Below the pieces are notes generated by a model. The model saw nothing but the letters and a program-made list of their open reading frames with translations. It had not been told where the DNA came from and did not search any database. Positions 14,040 through 28,400 of a stretch of DNA of 64,000 nt are shown here, one piece after another. This stretch comes from the human T2T-CHM13v2.0 reference genome, Homo sapiens: assembly GCF_009914755.1 (NCBI RefSeq), contig NC_060942.1, one strand, 5' to 3'. A program made the translations under genes and the position numbers. Numbering within the stretch: position 1 is the stretch's first letter; each line of letters opens with the position of its first letter.

Positions 14040-14680
14040 TTTTAAAATGTTTCTTATATTGTTGTGTTAAAATATACATAACATAAAATTTACCATTTTA
14101 ATCATTTTTAAGTGTACAGTTCTGTGGCATTAAGTACCTTCACATTGTGTGTAGCTATCACCATCGTCCATCACCAGAACTTTATCTTCTCACACTGAAA
14201 CTTTGTACTCATTAAACTCTAACTCCCTATTTCCCCCTCTCCCTAGTCCCTGGTAAGTAGCTTTTTACTTTCTGTCCCTATGGACTTGTTACTATAGGAA
14301 CCTCGTGTAAGAAGAATCATATGTGTATCTTGTTGTGACTGGCTTATTTTGGTTAGCATAATGTCTTTAAGGATCATCTATGTTGTAGCATTTGTCAAAA
14401 TTTCCTTTTCTTTTTAGATTGAACAGTTTTCCATTGTATGTATGTACCACATTTTGTTTATTCATTCATCTGTTGTTGGACTCTTGGGTTATCTGCATCT
14501 TTTGGCTGTTGTGAATAATTTTGTTGTGAACATGGGTATACAAATATCTACCCAAGTCCCTGTTTTCACTTCTTTTGGATATATACCTAAGAGGGAAATT
14601 GCAGGATCATTCAGTAATTCTATGTTTAATTTCTTGTGGAATTCCTATACTGTTTTCTACAATGGCTATAGCATTTTACC
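14040..14680 (-). mobile_element. L1MB-like 3' end
   Basis: aaaatatacataacataaaatttaccattttaatcatttttaagtgtacagttc motif. Confidence 0.75.
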
Positions 14681-15547
14681 TTTCCGCTCCATTTCTTATA
14701 TCCTGTTCTATAACTGTGGAAGTGTCTTTAAAATCTTTTTAACCATACTGCTTACCTTGAGTATATTATGCTAATCAACAACTTTCTATAGAATTGAAGT
14801 TTAAGTAGTACTTATGGTGCACAGTCTATGCTGAAATATATTAAATTACAGACATCTGTACAGTCCTATTTGTTACTTGGTAGATAGCTGTTAGGACACA
14901 GAAACTCATTTGAAAGATGTAAAATAATAGACTGGTAAGACTTTTAAAAAGAAATTTTAAAATATCCCTCACCGATTATCTTAAAAGAATCCTGACCATC
15001 TTATGTGTCTTAAGTACTGCTGCGTTCTTTGAACACAAATAAGTCCAGGGGTAATCGAGCTATGAGTGTTATTTAGGTAGAAGGAATGTATGGCCCATGA
15101 AGAGGTGAAAAGCTAGCATTCTGTTATAAAAACATATTTTAAAGTGTGCAGAGAATACTGTATTTGAAATTTTAGTCCTTGATCAGCTGTAAAGAACATG
15201 TTGGTTTACCTGTCCTCTGAAGACCTTTCATTTCATTTACAATTTGTGATTTTAAATGTGCGAAATTAATTTGTCATAAATATAAACGTGCACTATTTAT
15301 TTCAAAACAGCAATGACTAGAAAGGATATGCCAAACTGTTAATCATGATTGTCTTTAAGTAACTTCACCTGGGGCCTGGGGATGGGGAAGTGGTGAGTTA
15401 CAATTTTGATTTTTTAAAATACTTTATTGACATACATTGTTTGGAGTTTTACATTAATTTTCTATTGGGGAAATTAATACAAAATAAAACTCTTCTTTCC
15501 CTGAGCTTGGATGGTTAACTTTATACTATCATCTGTTTTAACCTTAG

Positions 15548-15679
15548 AGCTGTACTCTCTCTGGAGGCAAACATCATGGTCCTGTTGAAGCCCTGAAACA
15601 AATGTTATTTAACCTTCAAGCAGTACAAGAACGTTTTAATCAAAATAAGACCACAGATCCAAAAGAAGAGATTAAACAA
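15548..15679 (+). CDS. C18orf54: C18orf54 coding exon 5 ([24 protein letters not shown]...EIKQ)
   Basis: Acceptor CCTTAG|, donor CAA|GTAAGC, 132 nt, phase 0 to 0. Confidence 0.92.
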
Positions 15680-16269
15680 GTAAGCACAAACATGATTTAT
15701 GAATTGAGATTTGTGAATTTGTATAAAGATTTTTTTCTACATCTTTTAATAGACCTACTTATAGTTTTATGTTAGTAAGCATGCCACATTACACATGTTG
15801 TAAGTGGCAGTAGTTTTTTTTTGTTAGGAAGTAATGTACTCACGTTTAATTCTGTTTGATTTCTGTAGGTGTTTATCTCTAAACAGATTGTTCTATTATG
15901 GTTATAAATCCAACATCTTATTTAGTTATGATGGTGTTACAACTATAGTATCAAAGGGTTGTAAGAGTTTTGTAATCCTCTACAAAATTAATCTATGTGG
16001 CCCATCTTCTGGTAGTTATATTCGAGGAGGCCTAGAAAACTTTTTCAACATTAGATTCCTTCACACACCTTTCTCCTTTGAAATTTAATTTTGTTACTGT
16101 GTGTTCATTGGCTGTTATGAATACAGTTATATCAAGTTTTATTTTAGAGCCATTTTATTTTTTCAATTTGTGTATTTCCCGGGAATTTGAAAATCTGTTT
16201 CTGTTTTAGGCTGCCATTCTATATGATGAATTTTTTCCCACAAAAGTATAGTGTTTAAGAACATAGAGT

Positions 16270-16835
16270 TTATATTTTCCCAAATATGATTGTGAATTCT
16301 GTCACTTACTAGCAAGTGCAATATTTGTGCAAATCATTTAACCCCTTTAGTTTCAGTTTCCTATTTAAAAAATTATTGATTTTTAATTGACAATATATAT
16401 AAATTTTGGGTGTACAACATGATGTTTTGAAACATCATGAAATGGCTAGGGGAGCTAATTACCTCACATACTTTTTGTGGAGAACATGTAAAACCTGCTC
16501 CATTAGTAATTTTCAAGTATACGATATGTTGTTTTTAATTTTAGTCACCATGTTGTACAATAGATCTCTTGACCTTATTCTTCTCGCCTAACTAAAATGT
16601 TGTATCCTTTGAAAAACATCTCTGCAACTCCCGTCCCCACATCCAGATTCTACATATAAGTGAGATTATTATTCAGTGTCTGTCTTTCTGTGCTGGGCTT
16701 ATTTCATTTATCAATTTCCTTTTCTGTATAGTGAGGTTGTTGAGAAGACAAATTGAGACAAACTATATAAAGTACTTAGTATAGTGCTTGGTACATGGTA
16801 AGTGCTCAATAAATGATGGCTCATTGTTTTATTGT
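16270..16835. mobile_element. MIR split by an L1MA fragment (~16365-16710)
   Basis: MIR core halves flank an L1MA 3' piece. Confidence 0.55.
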
Positions 16836-17295
16836 TATTCAGTAGATCTGTGAAATTGAGTTTTCATTACAAGTGAGTGGATCAGCTTTTGAGAACCTTC
16901 ATAGTCTGCTCATTTGAGTTGTATTTCTTAATTTCTGTCCTTACATTCTAATAATCATAACATTAATATGTAGAATGTAATCTATCTTTCTTTCCCCTCT
17001 CATTCTAAACATCATTGAGATATAAGCCTGTTCAATAAAGTCATAATTTTAAGCGAAGACTTGATTTTTAATGGACATATGTGTAGAAGTATACTTTAGG
17101 ACAGTTGAAAAATGGCTGTTAGTTGTAGTGTTTTTACAGTAAATGGAAAATAAAAATATTTAATACTCTTGAAAATTAGAATTATTTGGAAATGTAGAAA
17201 ATATTTTTTAATGTTTTAATCACATTTTCAATACCATTTAATTTTGTAGTTATATAATTTTAATATTTTGTTATATTTGGTGTTTTTAATAATAG

Positions 17296-17366
17296 GTTTC
17301 AGAAGATGATTTCTCTAAATTACAGTTGAAGGAAAGTATGATTCCTATTACTAGGTCACTTCAGAA
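17296..17366 (+). CDS. C18orf54: C18orf54 coding exon 6 (VSEDDFSK...RSLQ)
   Basis: Acceptor AATAG|, donor AA|GTAAGT, phase 0 to 2. Confidence 0.9.
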
Positions 17367-19408
17367 GTAAGTATTCTTTACTAATATGGATACAAATCCA
17401 TCTTAGCCATTTCTTTGACATATGTAAAGTTACAGGGTAGAAGTAAGTAGTTTTAAGAGTAGCACTACTAGGCATATTTAAGCTTCTTGGAGCACACTGT
17501 TTACACTAAAAAACATTGTTTTCTTTTAAACTTGTGCTTTTTCCTATTCAAAGTGTTCTAAGGACCTAATGAGATAGCCTTAGACCTCTAAAATATAATG
17601 GATATGACTCATTTTTGAGTAGTAATAGCAACAATTTATGATAGTATTTTTGTGAGTATCCTATAACAGTAACTTGTATGAAATGTGTTTTCATATATTC
17701 TCTCTAGAATAAATTTAATAATAAATGGATCGTGATTTGGAACATCATTACAGAAATCTAAAGTAGATATAATGACCTGGATATAAAGATAGGTCTAATT
17801 TTCTTAGTTACAGTGTCTTAAATAATAAAATGGAGAAAAATACAAGTTGTTTCTATAGTCATGATATTGACAGAAGAGAAGGGTATTTATTTTGGAGTTT
17901 GTTGTGTGACTATGAAGTGTCCTCAGAAGATGGAATACTGAACTTAGGAAATACTGAGATTAAAAGTTTCTACTCTAGTCACACCATTTCACTTGGCTAC
18001 CTTTTGTACTTTGAGAATTTGCTTAGGCTTCTGTGATCTAAGGAACTGGTGGAAAATAAAACACTAGACATGTAAACTTACGAATCTAATTGTCACAAAT
18101 GTGTATATAGTTTTCATAGTTAAAATGTATCATGTATGATTACTTTTTTCTCTCTACTTAATTTATTATCTTTAGGGTATAAATAATGCACCTTTGTTTG
18201 TAGCTTGCCATAGTACTGGGGTATAATGTTTCATACCTAATAGAATTCAGTGAATAATGATAGTAATAGCTAACATTGAATGTTTACCAAATTTCAGTAT
18301 TCTAAGTGCTATTGAATATAATTCATGTGATCTTCACAACCTTATGAAGTAAGTACTATTATTATTTTCATAATACAGATCGGAGAATAGGCATGGAGTA
18401 GTAAAGTAACTTGCCATAGCTAGTAAAAGAAGCGGGATTCAGATCAGGTAGTGTGATTTGAAAGTCTGTATTTTTAACACTACTCTCACTAATGATAGTG
18501 ATGAATTATTCATTGAGACTAAGAACAGGGCCTCAGTTGATCATCTAGTATGAAGACTTCATTCTGCTTTAAAATTTGAGGTGAATGACCATAAGTTTTC
18601 CATTGCTCTTTAAAGCATTATACTGCACTTGTCACAGACCTATATGTGTTTTCTGAGTTAATGTACATATCCTAGATGTTTTTCCTGGTGAAAACTAACA
18701 GTGGATTGTAAGTCATTTAATCACCACAAAAATCGATACTGATCTATAAGTGCTTTTACCATTTGCTAGAATTTTTTTAATAGTAACTTTTTTTCTACTA
18801 TAAGCAATCAATAGTCTTACCTGTATATGGAGTTTCATTTTTAGAGAGAGTAAGTTTTATGTTTTGTTAGATGGCCTTTAGTTATTAATTCTGTTGTATT
18901 AACTGGAGCAGTCTTAATTTGTCTTTACATTTCTAAAGTATTATCAGTAAGACGTTTGTACTGTAATGAAGTAAGCTTAGACTTACAAAAGTTATTTTCA
19001 GTCTGTAGATTAACTGTTTTAAGGACAATTTAAATTTAATTACATCTCAGAATTCCTTTTTCCAGGCTGCAAAATATTCTGGTTAGGTATATGGTCATCT
19101 TTTCATACTTCAAATATTTCAAATGTATTTCAAAATTTACAAAATATTTCCAAAATATTTCAAAAGTTACTGATTATACTTTGTAGGCTTTATTGGCCTT
19201 TCCTAAGGTAAAATCCTATTATGGCTCTTTACATTCCTCAAATAACAGTTTTTGTTTTTAATAATTTGGATGGCTATCCAGTTTTAAGATATATTTCATT
19301 AGCCATAGGGAACTGTAAGCTAGTAGTCTGGCCTTGTCTAGTCCCTTAAATACTCAGTTTTCTTATATTCTTCAATTAGAAATATGTGTTCTCTAGGAAG
19401 ACTCATTG

Positions 19409-19712
19409 GAGCTGGGATTACAGGTGCATGCCACCATGCCCGGCTAATTTTTGTATTTTTAGTAGAGATGGGGTTTCGCCATGTTGGCCAGGCTTGTCTC
19501 AAACTCCTGACCTCAGGTGATCCACCTGCCTCGGCCTTCCAAAGTGCTGGGATTACAGGCACGTGCCACCATGCCTGGCTAATTTTTGTATTTTTAGTAG
19601 AGACGGGGTTTTGCCATGTTGGCCAGGCTGGTCTTGAACTCCTGACCTCAGGTGATCCACCCACCTCGGCCTCCCAAAGTGCTGGATTACAGTACTGGCC
19701 ACCACGCCCAGC
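19409..19712 (-). mobile_element. Rearranged Alu: duplicated left monomer plus linker, truncated right arm
   Basis: gctgg(g)attacag recurs at 19411, 19546 and 19681 (135-bp period); no poly-A tail. Confidence 0.9.
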
Positions 19713-20115
19713 TGAATATTTTAAAATTTTAGTTATTTTACCTCTGATTGGTTAGTAACTTTGGGTGAATTATTGTCACTTAGTCAATGAAGGTGGGAAT
19801 CTCAGAAATTAACTGAAGTTGCCAAAAAAGGTGAGAGAATTGAGAGTCTTCTTATTACATTTGAGTAAAAGTATCCAAGAAGTGTATAGTACAGGGAAAT
19901 AGATATACATGCAGTAAATAATGCTACTAGTTTCCTTCCATCTCCTTGTCCTGGGTAAAGTGGAAGATGCAGTTTATTATACATTTATTGAACAACTACT
20001 GTGTGTTAGAGACTATAGAATAGAGTGTTGTAGTCATTACCTTTCTGCTCACCATAAATGGAAATTACTAACATTGGAGGTTATTACACAGCTTATGTTT
20101 TTTTTTAAAATTTAA

Positions 20116-20434
<319 letters not shown>

Positions 20435-21259
20435 CTTCCTGCACATCTTAATTACTATATTGTCACTCTGTTTTTCCTTAATATCCTTCTTATTTATTAA
20501 AGATCTGAAATATGACTAATTGATGTTTTCTGAGTGGTCCTCCAGGAACTGAAATATAGGGGAGAGAAAAACTGGAAAAATATAAATTAGAGAAGGCTTG
20601 GAAAGTTAAGGGCCTCTTTTCCTGGTTTGAGGAATGATTGAGTTTTCTCCACTGAGACCTGCAATACAATCTTGGCATTATTTCAGAGAAAAATCTAGGT
20701 TGTTGGTATAACAACACATTATATAGACTTATTGGAGTAGTTGGCAGCTTCCCCTATGATCAATAAAAATGAGTTTTGTTCAGATCTGTAACTAATCCTT
20801 AAATGCTATTTAAAAAATAGCTATCTTGAATGTAAATGTTAAAAATAATTTCTGTATTTTACTTCTTAACTAATATACACAGGATACCAAAAGCAAAGGT
20901 GTCATTTCACAGAGCTGTAGTGAAAATTACTTGAAAAAAGTGTTCTTGTTAAGTGTGATACAACTGATACCTATTGTTTCTTGTTAGGGCACTTGGCAGA
21001 CTATCTTAAAAAAAGTTAATGTCAAAAAATATAATTTTTAAAGTAAATGTTTATAGAACTTTAGATAAATTATTTTAACCCTCAATTATTCAGATCTCAA
21101 GGTTTTATAAGGAATAAGTCTCAAAGTTTATATAAATTTACTTCTCATACCAATTTTGAAGTTAATAGTCAACTTTATTTATTTATTTTTTTGCTGTCTG
21201 CATTGGCTATTCAATTCTTAATAACTGGTTTATAATGTGTTTTATACTTTTTAATGAAG

Positions 21260-21332
21260 GGCTTTGCACCATTTATCTCGCCTGAGAGACCTGGTTGATG
21301 ATACGAATGGAGAACGGTCACCGAAAATGTGA
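21260..21332 (+). CDS. C18orf54: C18orf54 last coding exon (KALHHLSRLRDLVDDTNGERSPKM*)
   Basis: Acceptor TGAAG|, phase 2, stop TGA 21330-21332; completes the 533-aa ORF. Confidence 0.92.
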
Positions 21333-24300
21333 AGAGGAAAATGAAACTGTCACCACAATGAATAGTCACCACAGAACAAATAGGCATTTTTTCTATTACT
21401 TAAACTGACAAAGTAAATATAAGCCATACATTATTTTGTGGTTGGTTCAAGGATTATATATTTCTAAAACACTAAACTTGAAAATACCCATAGGTTTTGG
21501 GACCTATCTTTATTTTGTGCCAACATACTAGAATGTGAACTGCAAGGACCCACAATATATCCTGAAGTCTTACTTTCGCCTTCTGGCCAGCAAATGTCTA
21601 ATATTTAAAGATGGATGACTTCTGTTCTTGAAGCTTACCTGGATTTAACCTTCTTCAGCATCCTCAACATTTTATTACCTGGTTCAGGATCATTAAGAAA
21701 CTTACTGGTTTTTATCCAAAATCTTTTACGTTAAATAGACTTTTTTAAAGATATAGTTAGCATCACTTTTAAACAGCTTAAAGGAATATCAAAATTGTTA
21801 TTGTGTATCTCATCTATAAGGAAGTCTGTTACTTTGAAATTTTCATAAATTTAATATTTAAGATACATTGTATTTGAAAATTGCATTAATAGTGGGGTGA
21901 TACTGTGTTAAAAGGAATGTTGTGTTGTGACATTCAAGAGAACCTCCTCATTTAATTAGTACTTTGATTCTGTGTAAGATAATCTTGGTAGTGCTTGACA
22001 GTTTCCAAACCTTTTTTTGGAGAGATATTTAAGAATTTAATATTTTGATATTAGATTGTTTCCCAGATTTTAATTTTGGGGTTGGCTCAAACTAGTGAAA
22101 ACTATGACTCAATGGCCAATTGCTTTATCAAATTTGATAACTAAAACTTAAAATGAATATGGAAAATCAGAAAGCAACTCTATTTTAGAGCTATTTTGTA
22201 AGAGTTGTGCTTTCTTTAACACCATCTGTAGTCTTAAGTTTGTCTCTAGCTAGAACTGAACAAAGCTCTATAATTTTTACCAAGCACTTATTATTAATAC
22301 TTCTTATAAGTAGTAAGCATCTTTACTAACACAACTGAGAATTAAGTCATAAAACATAACTAATACAGCACATTACTGCCTGACAAAATTAAAGAGTACT
22401 GTGTGTATGTATAACTACTACAGGTTAACACTTCACCCAAATGATAGCGTTTTTCCTCAGTAGATTATTGTCAAATAGGAATTTCTAAGCACATTGAGTC
22501 AAAGCATTTTTTCCAAGTTAATAAAGTGTTATTTACTATCTTTGTTAGAGGTGACATGTCAAACACTACAGTGAGCTCTGTGGGGTTTTTTTTTTTTTTT
22601 TTTGCCCGTGAGTTTTTTACCATGCTGCTCTGACCAGTTTGAGTGGCAATTACCAATAGATTTGTTTTCTTTATTCTATGGAGATGTTTTTACCACTGAC
22701 ACTGTTTTCTGATTATAGTCTGCTTCATAGAAAATAGCCTGCATAATCAAACAAGGAGTTACTTTGAAATTAAAGTATGCCTGGCTATTAAAAATGCAGA
22801 TTTTAGGTGGGTAAACATCAGGTAGGTCTGGGTGGGTCATGTTCTAGGCCTAGAAAAATACACTATTAGACAAGTTCTAAAGAAGGCAAGGAGATAAAGG
22901 CATCAGGTGGTAACTTCTAATTGAATATTATATGTTGATCATACATAATATATACTATGCCTGGAAATTATGACTGAAAAGCACCTATTCGGTTAGTGCT
23001 CCTATTCATGAGAACATATCTCCAATACTAAATGAGATAAGCCTGTTCTAAAATCTTATAGCCAGTATTTTAAGAAACTTGATTATACTTACCAAAGGAA
23101 CATTGTTTGTTTTCTCTTGTTTTAAATATGGAGAGGTTTAATCCTTTACATAACAAAGGAATTAATTTTAGCAAAATGATTCATTCCAACCTTCTTATAA
23201 GAAATATCTAGGAGAGTCAAGTAAGAAAAATAACGAATCTAAGTGATAAACATTCAAGAAATTCTCTAAATAAGAGATTTATTTATAATTTTAATATCTC
23301 AGGGTTCTTTTTAGGTTTCCAGGGGAAAAGAGCAGGATAACAGTGTGGAGACTGCTAAGTTGAGAATTTAAAACAAATGAGAACATAAGATTTTTAAAAT
23401 TGCATTGTGAATGTAAAATTTTTATCAATCCTTTGCTCTCTTTTAGACATATTGAGAAAATGTTAAATAGAAAAAATTAAGAAATTTTAATAAGATGTTT
23501 CAGATCTTTGAGTATGAAAAACATAACAAAAAAAGCCTAATTTCAAAAAACTATTTGAGATCAAGGGACAATGGTGTGACCAATATGAAGGGTCAAGACT
23601 GAAATGTATTGTCTTTACTATCAAGAACTCTACTTTCAGTTGTTTCTCAGACAGTTAATTTCAGCTTCATAGAGATTTCTGAGCAAATTAAGAAACACTG
23701 TTTTCCTGGGTTTGTTTTGGGTATATGTCATTATAGTTATGTTATTTCTTGTTGAAATTTATAATTGTAGGTTTTTTGTATTGTTTTAGTATTTAATGGT
23801 GTATAATGTGTTATTACATTATATGTAGTTATACCAAAATATTGCCTGAAGATAAATCATGACAAGGTCCCCTGTTTATTCCTGTGTTACAGACGCATGG
23901 AATTGCTCCTGTAGATTTGAATTTTTGTTTCATTTTTTTCTGTCCCACCCTTCACTCTCTCTGTTTCAGAACATTTTTGGTAGAAGTGCTATCCAGAAGT
24001 GAACTTGTCAAAAGGCAAGTAGCATGAAAGAAGACAGAAGAAGCAAAAGGCTAATACAGTGGATAATTTCTGAGCACTTGAAGTTTCTTCAAATGTGCAA
24101 GACTGTGTGTCTTCCTATTAGATGTATAAATTGGATATTTCATGCCTAATTAAATGTTGCGTTGGATTGCAGTGCCTATCATACAGTGATTGGAGTAAAT
24201 TGAGGCCTAATCCTGAACACATATAGAGCATATTGTTAGATATTTTTCCTGTGACATTTGAAGTTATTATTCTCCCATTTCCTTTTTCTTTTTTTGTTTA

Positions 24301-25105
24301 TAATCATATGTCCCTAAGATTGTTTTCCTTTTTTGGACCAAAAAAAAGAAAAAAAAAATCTTAGCTTTTCATCCTCCCAGTGTATTCTGCATTGTCCTTA
24401 CCCTAGATCAGCCCCTTCTGTGTTAACAGTTTTTCTCACAATGTAGCAACTTTTATCCACCCTTCAGGACCTTCACTGGGACTAGTTCATTCATTTTCAA
24501 ATAGCTATTTCAACCTTTAACATCTACTGTCTTAGTCTTTTACACAGAAGCCAGAGTGACTGGTCTTGGCAAGACTCTGTTGTGTATCACCACTCTAACC
24601 TTACTGATTTGTTTCAGCAAATTTGCTTTAGTTAAATTGCTTTACTCAGATTCCCCCAAACTTTATATGTGTATTGTCATCTTTGTGCATATTATTTCTC
24701 ATGCATGAAATACTCAATTTTTATTCTTTTATCTAACGCTTACTCTTACATTTCTTTAAAGCTCTGGCCAAGTATTTTATTTTGTCCCTAAACATTCTAA
24801 CTATCCACCAAACTGGTAAGTTGGCTTTTCTTTTTCCTCCCCCTGTCATTCATTTAGCTGTTATATTTCATTTTAATGTTTTGGGTGGTGCCTCTTATAC
24901 TATGTTGTATTCCTAGACAAGGAAATGTATATCAAAATATGTTAGATGATTGATTGTTTTATCTCCTTGATGATAGCACCTCTTATACTGCTTTACAGAA
25001 TCAGGAAAAAGTAAACTGCATTTTACATAGTGGTTTTAAATATTGATTGATTGATATTCTAAACCTGGTTTCCTATATAAAGTTGTAAGTTCAAGATAAA
25101 GAGAC
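21333..25105 (+). other. C18orf54: Long AU-rich 3'UTR of C18orf54 (end approximate)
   Basis: AT-rich stretch after the stop with no obvious Alu/L1. AATAAA 22520-22525, variant signals TATAAA 25076-25081 and GATAAA ~25095; repeats resume at ~25165. Confidence 0.65.
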
Positions 25106-25164
25106 CACATTCTTTACTCATGTGAGGTTCTGGAAATCCTTTATTTCTTTTTTAAAAACATTTT

Positions 25165-25422
25165 GATAACTTTTTTTTTAAATTTAAACCTTTTTAAGAG
25201 CAATTTCAGGCTCACAGCAAAATGAAGAAGAAAATAATCTTCACAGAGATTTCCCATAAACCTCCTGCTCCTGCACATGCCCAACCTCCCGTTTTCATTG
25301 TCTGCCACCAGAGTGGTGAACAATTGGTGAACCCACACTGAATCATCATAATCACCCAGAGTCCATAGTTCATGTCAGGGTTCACTCTTGTACATTCTGT
25401 GAGTTTGGGCAGATGTATAATA
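25165..25422 (-). mobile_element. L1MC-like 3' end, continuing at ~31010-31060 beyond the ERV
   Basis: gctcacagcaaaatga...cccagagtccatagttca...atgtataat; resumes at atacagactattttcactgccctgaaaatcctctgtgct. Confidence 0.7.
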
Positions 25423-28400
25423 AACTTTGGCTCCACCCCAGTATGCAATCCTCTCAGTGCACAGGCCAGTTGGATTCTGGGGACCCCTTCCCACCTGGCT
25501 GTCTCATTCCCCTCTAAAGTACATCTAATTGCCGTTAGAAGAAGGATAAGGATAAGGACGAAGACCCATCTTAACTGCTTCCTGATGACAGGGAGCACTA
25601 TTTTGGGAAAATGGCAGTCAGAGCTTCTTCATAGGCCTGTTTAAGGGTTCCCAGCAGAAGGGGCCATCATCGGAGGCTCCGGTTGCATGACCATTTGGAG
25701 TTTGATGGCCTAAAGGCAAGAACAGACAAACCGGGTTATTAAAAAATATATGTCAAAACGAAACAAAGGGAGAGGTAAGGACAGCTCAAAGATCCCAAGG
25801 CTTTTTACCAGTTAGCACAGCAATAGGGAGGTCAAAAGCCTGACTGGTAATAAACACTTTTACCCTTTTGCCAGCATGTTGGGCTTCTGGATTCCCTTCC
25901 CCTGAGCCCAATACTAAGCCAACCAGTTTAAGGTTTGGGAAATTAACTTTTCCTAGTGCGAAGGGTGCATCTGAGGGGAGTGTCCTGTAGCTTGGAGACA
26001 CAATTACCTATCTGTGAAGAGAGGACAGAGGAGGGAAAAAGATAAAGGCTCTTTTCAAAAGAGTCCTAGGAGCTCAGGATGCATTTGAAAGGGGTACAAA
26101 CTGAAGAAGAAAGGCCACCCATCTAGAAAGAGGGGAGCAGGCATCCCTGGTTCCCTTCTCTTTTTAGCAGATACCCGGGGTACGTGAGAGAAGGATGAGC
26201 ATTCTCCTCTTTCGTCCTTGTATCCCTGAGTCCTGGCGACCTTGGCGGGTACCGCCATGGATGTTAAAGTGACTTTCACTCATGTTAACGGGGCCTAGGG
26301 GGTGGGAATTATCCACTCTTCCCACATATGTTCTGTTTCCCCTGCTGTCCATAGCCTTGAATTCCCTAGACCTCATTTATGCCATGAATACTAGCATGGC
26401 CTTTATCTATGAAATGGGAAGCGTGGCTTAATTGACAGGAATCAGCCACGTTCACCTGTGTTGTGCCTTTTCCGTTATCATCTGTCTCTGGATCCCTCAG
26501 ATCCAGTTTTCCTTCCTAGGGCTTTGACCTGAAGCTTGGAATTGAGTTTGGGACAGAAATATGTCTCAGAGGGATTTGCACGGACTTATTACCATAAGAC
26601 AAATGCTAAGGTGAAGCTGTGGAATTGAGTCCTCCAACAAGGGAGAGAAAAGGATGTCTTGTGATACATCCAGATAACTCGTGGCTATAGTTATGCTGCT
26701 AAGATTTGGGTGCATTGTGCTTGGCTTTGTTTAGCTCCCTTGGTCTTACTTTCCCATAAAGGAAACCTCCAAGTGATGGGCATACTATTTATTCCCATCA
26801 CCTGGCAGGATTTGCAGGATAACTGCTCAGAACTAGAATATTGATCCAGATTTTTACATTACCCATCCCTGTGTTCTTTCTGAGCTGCAGCTGGAGATTG
26901 CTGGTTGGTTCACAGGAACAAGTAGGGTTAATCTAAAATGTAGGTGAAAACTTAAAAACAACTAATGAGTTTAGAATTTAATAACAAATGTATGATAAAT
27001 TTTGAAACCTAATTTTTCTGTCACCAGTCATCATTTTTGTTTAAAAAACACAAACCATCATAGGACTAAGTGGTTTCCAAAATGGACTTTAGTCTTATAC
27101 TTGGCCTGATTATTTGCATAAGGTGCAGCAAGAATAGTTATTTGTACATAGTCCTTTTGGATTGGCTTTGATGGAACACTGGTCCACAAGGAATCTCAGG
27201 TGAGACTTTTTAAGCTGAGCCCAGCCATGGGTTTGTATCCTCAAATACCTGTAAGTTGGGTGATTCTCTCCTTTTAAGGTCCCAAGATAAACTTGGAGCT
27301 CCTAGGCCTGTTACAAAGTGACATTCTTTACTGACCACAGGCCAGGAACCCTGTACAGGGACTGTGTAGGCAAGGGTATGAGGCCAGTTCTTCCTACAGG
27401 GCTTTTAGCAGCTCTGCAAGTCAAGATTGACTTCTTAAAGGGAAGCATACCCTTCCAGTCAAAGCCTTGGTAAAATAACCAGTTTCTCCAATTGCATACT
27501 GTTGAAAAAAAAATGGATCCTTATTGCACTGATGCAAATAACTGTATTGCCATAAGTTAAGAATACTCACACATAGTTTCCAAATTCTAGAGGAACCAGG
27601 CAGAGAGAAACAAACATACTCCAAATTTTGTTCACAGGAGTGTAACTTAATTAAAGGCCGTAAATAGTGCAAAATAAGTTTCCTTGACTTTGAAAAACAA
27701 AACATGGATCAGCAGTGTTCCAAGCAAAAGTCAAAAAGATTTGCTTTAGTTTCCTGAGTTCAGTCCATTTAGTGAACTCGTTTTGCCTGATATTCATGAA
27801 CACTTCAGCTCTTTTGAGTCTTGTACATTTTTCCTTTATTCCAATGTCACAATCTCCAAACTTATCAGAAACCTGTATTTGAGAGCACCTGTCACAGTCC
27901 TATGGCTTATAATAAACCATCTTTTGAAAAGGATTAAAACAAGATAATAATTGTCAATAGCAAAATGTCCAGGATGGTTAGAAACACAATTGACAAAGAA
28001 GTTTGGTTATCTCTGTGGTTTACAACCTTAATTATGATTGATAGCATATACTTAGACATTAGAATTTTAGAAGTCCCATATAATTTTGGAACATATATTA
28101 TTCACCAAAATATAACCTAAAGAAGATTGAACATCATCTTGGCAATCCCATGTGACTAAGTATGTCAAATAACCATGTTTACTTGTTTTCTGCATGTTTC
28201 AGGGGCCCTCTGATCCATCCAAAAAGCCCGGCATCAGGAAAGACAATTTCAAAACTGAAGTTTGATTTTGGGAAGCCTATTAAATATGTTAGAAGTTCAA
28301 ACCACTTGATATTATGAAATAGAATTTCATATTACCATAAGTTATTTATTTTGTCAAAATGATGACTCCAAAATTTTAAAGAAGCAAAAACCTTTTTATA

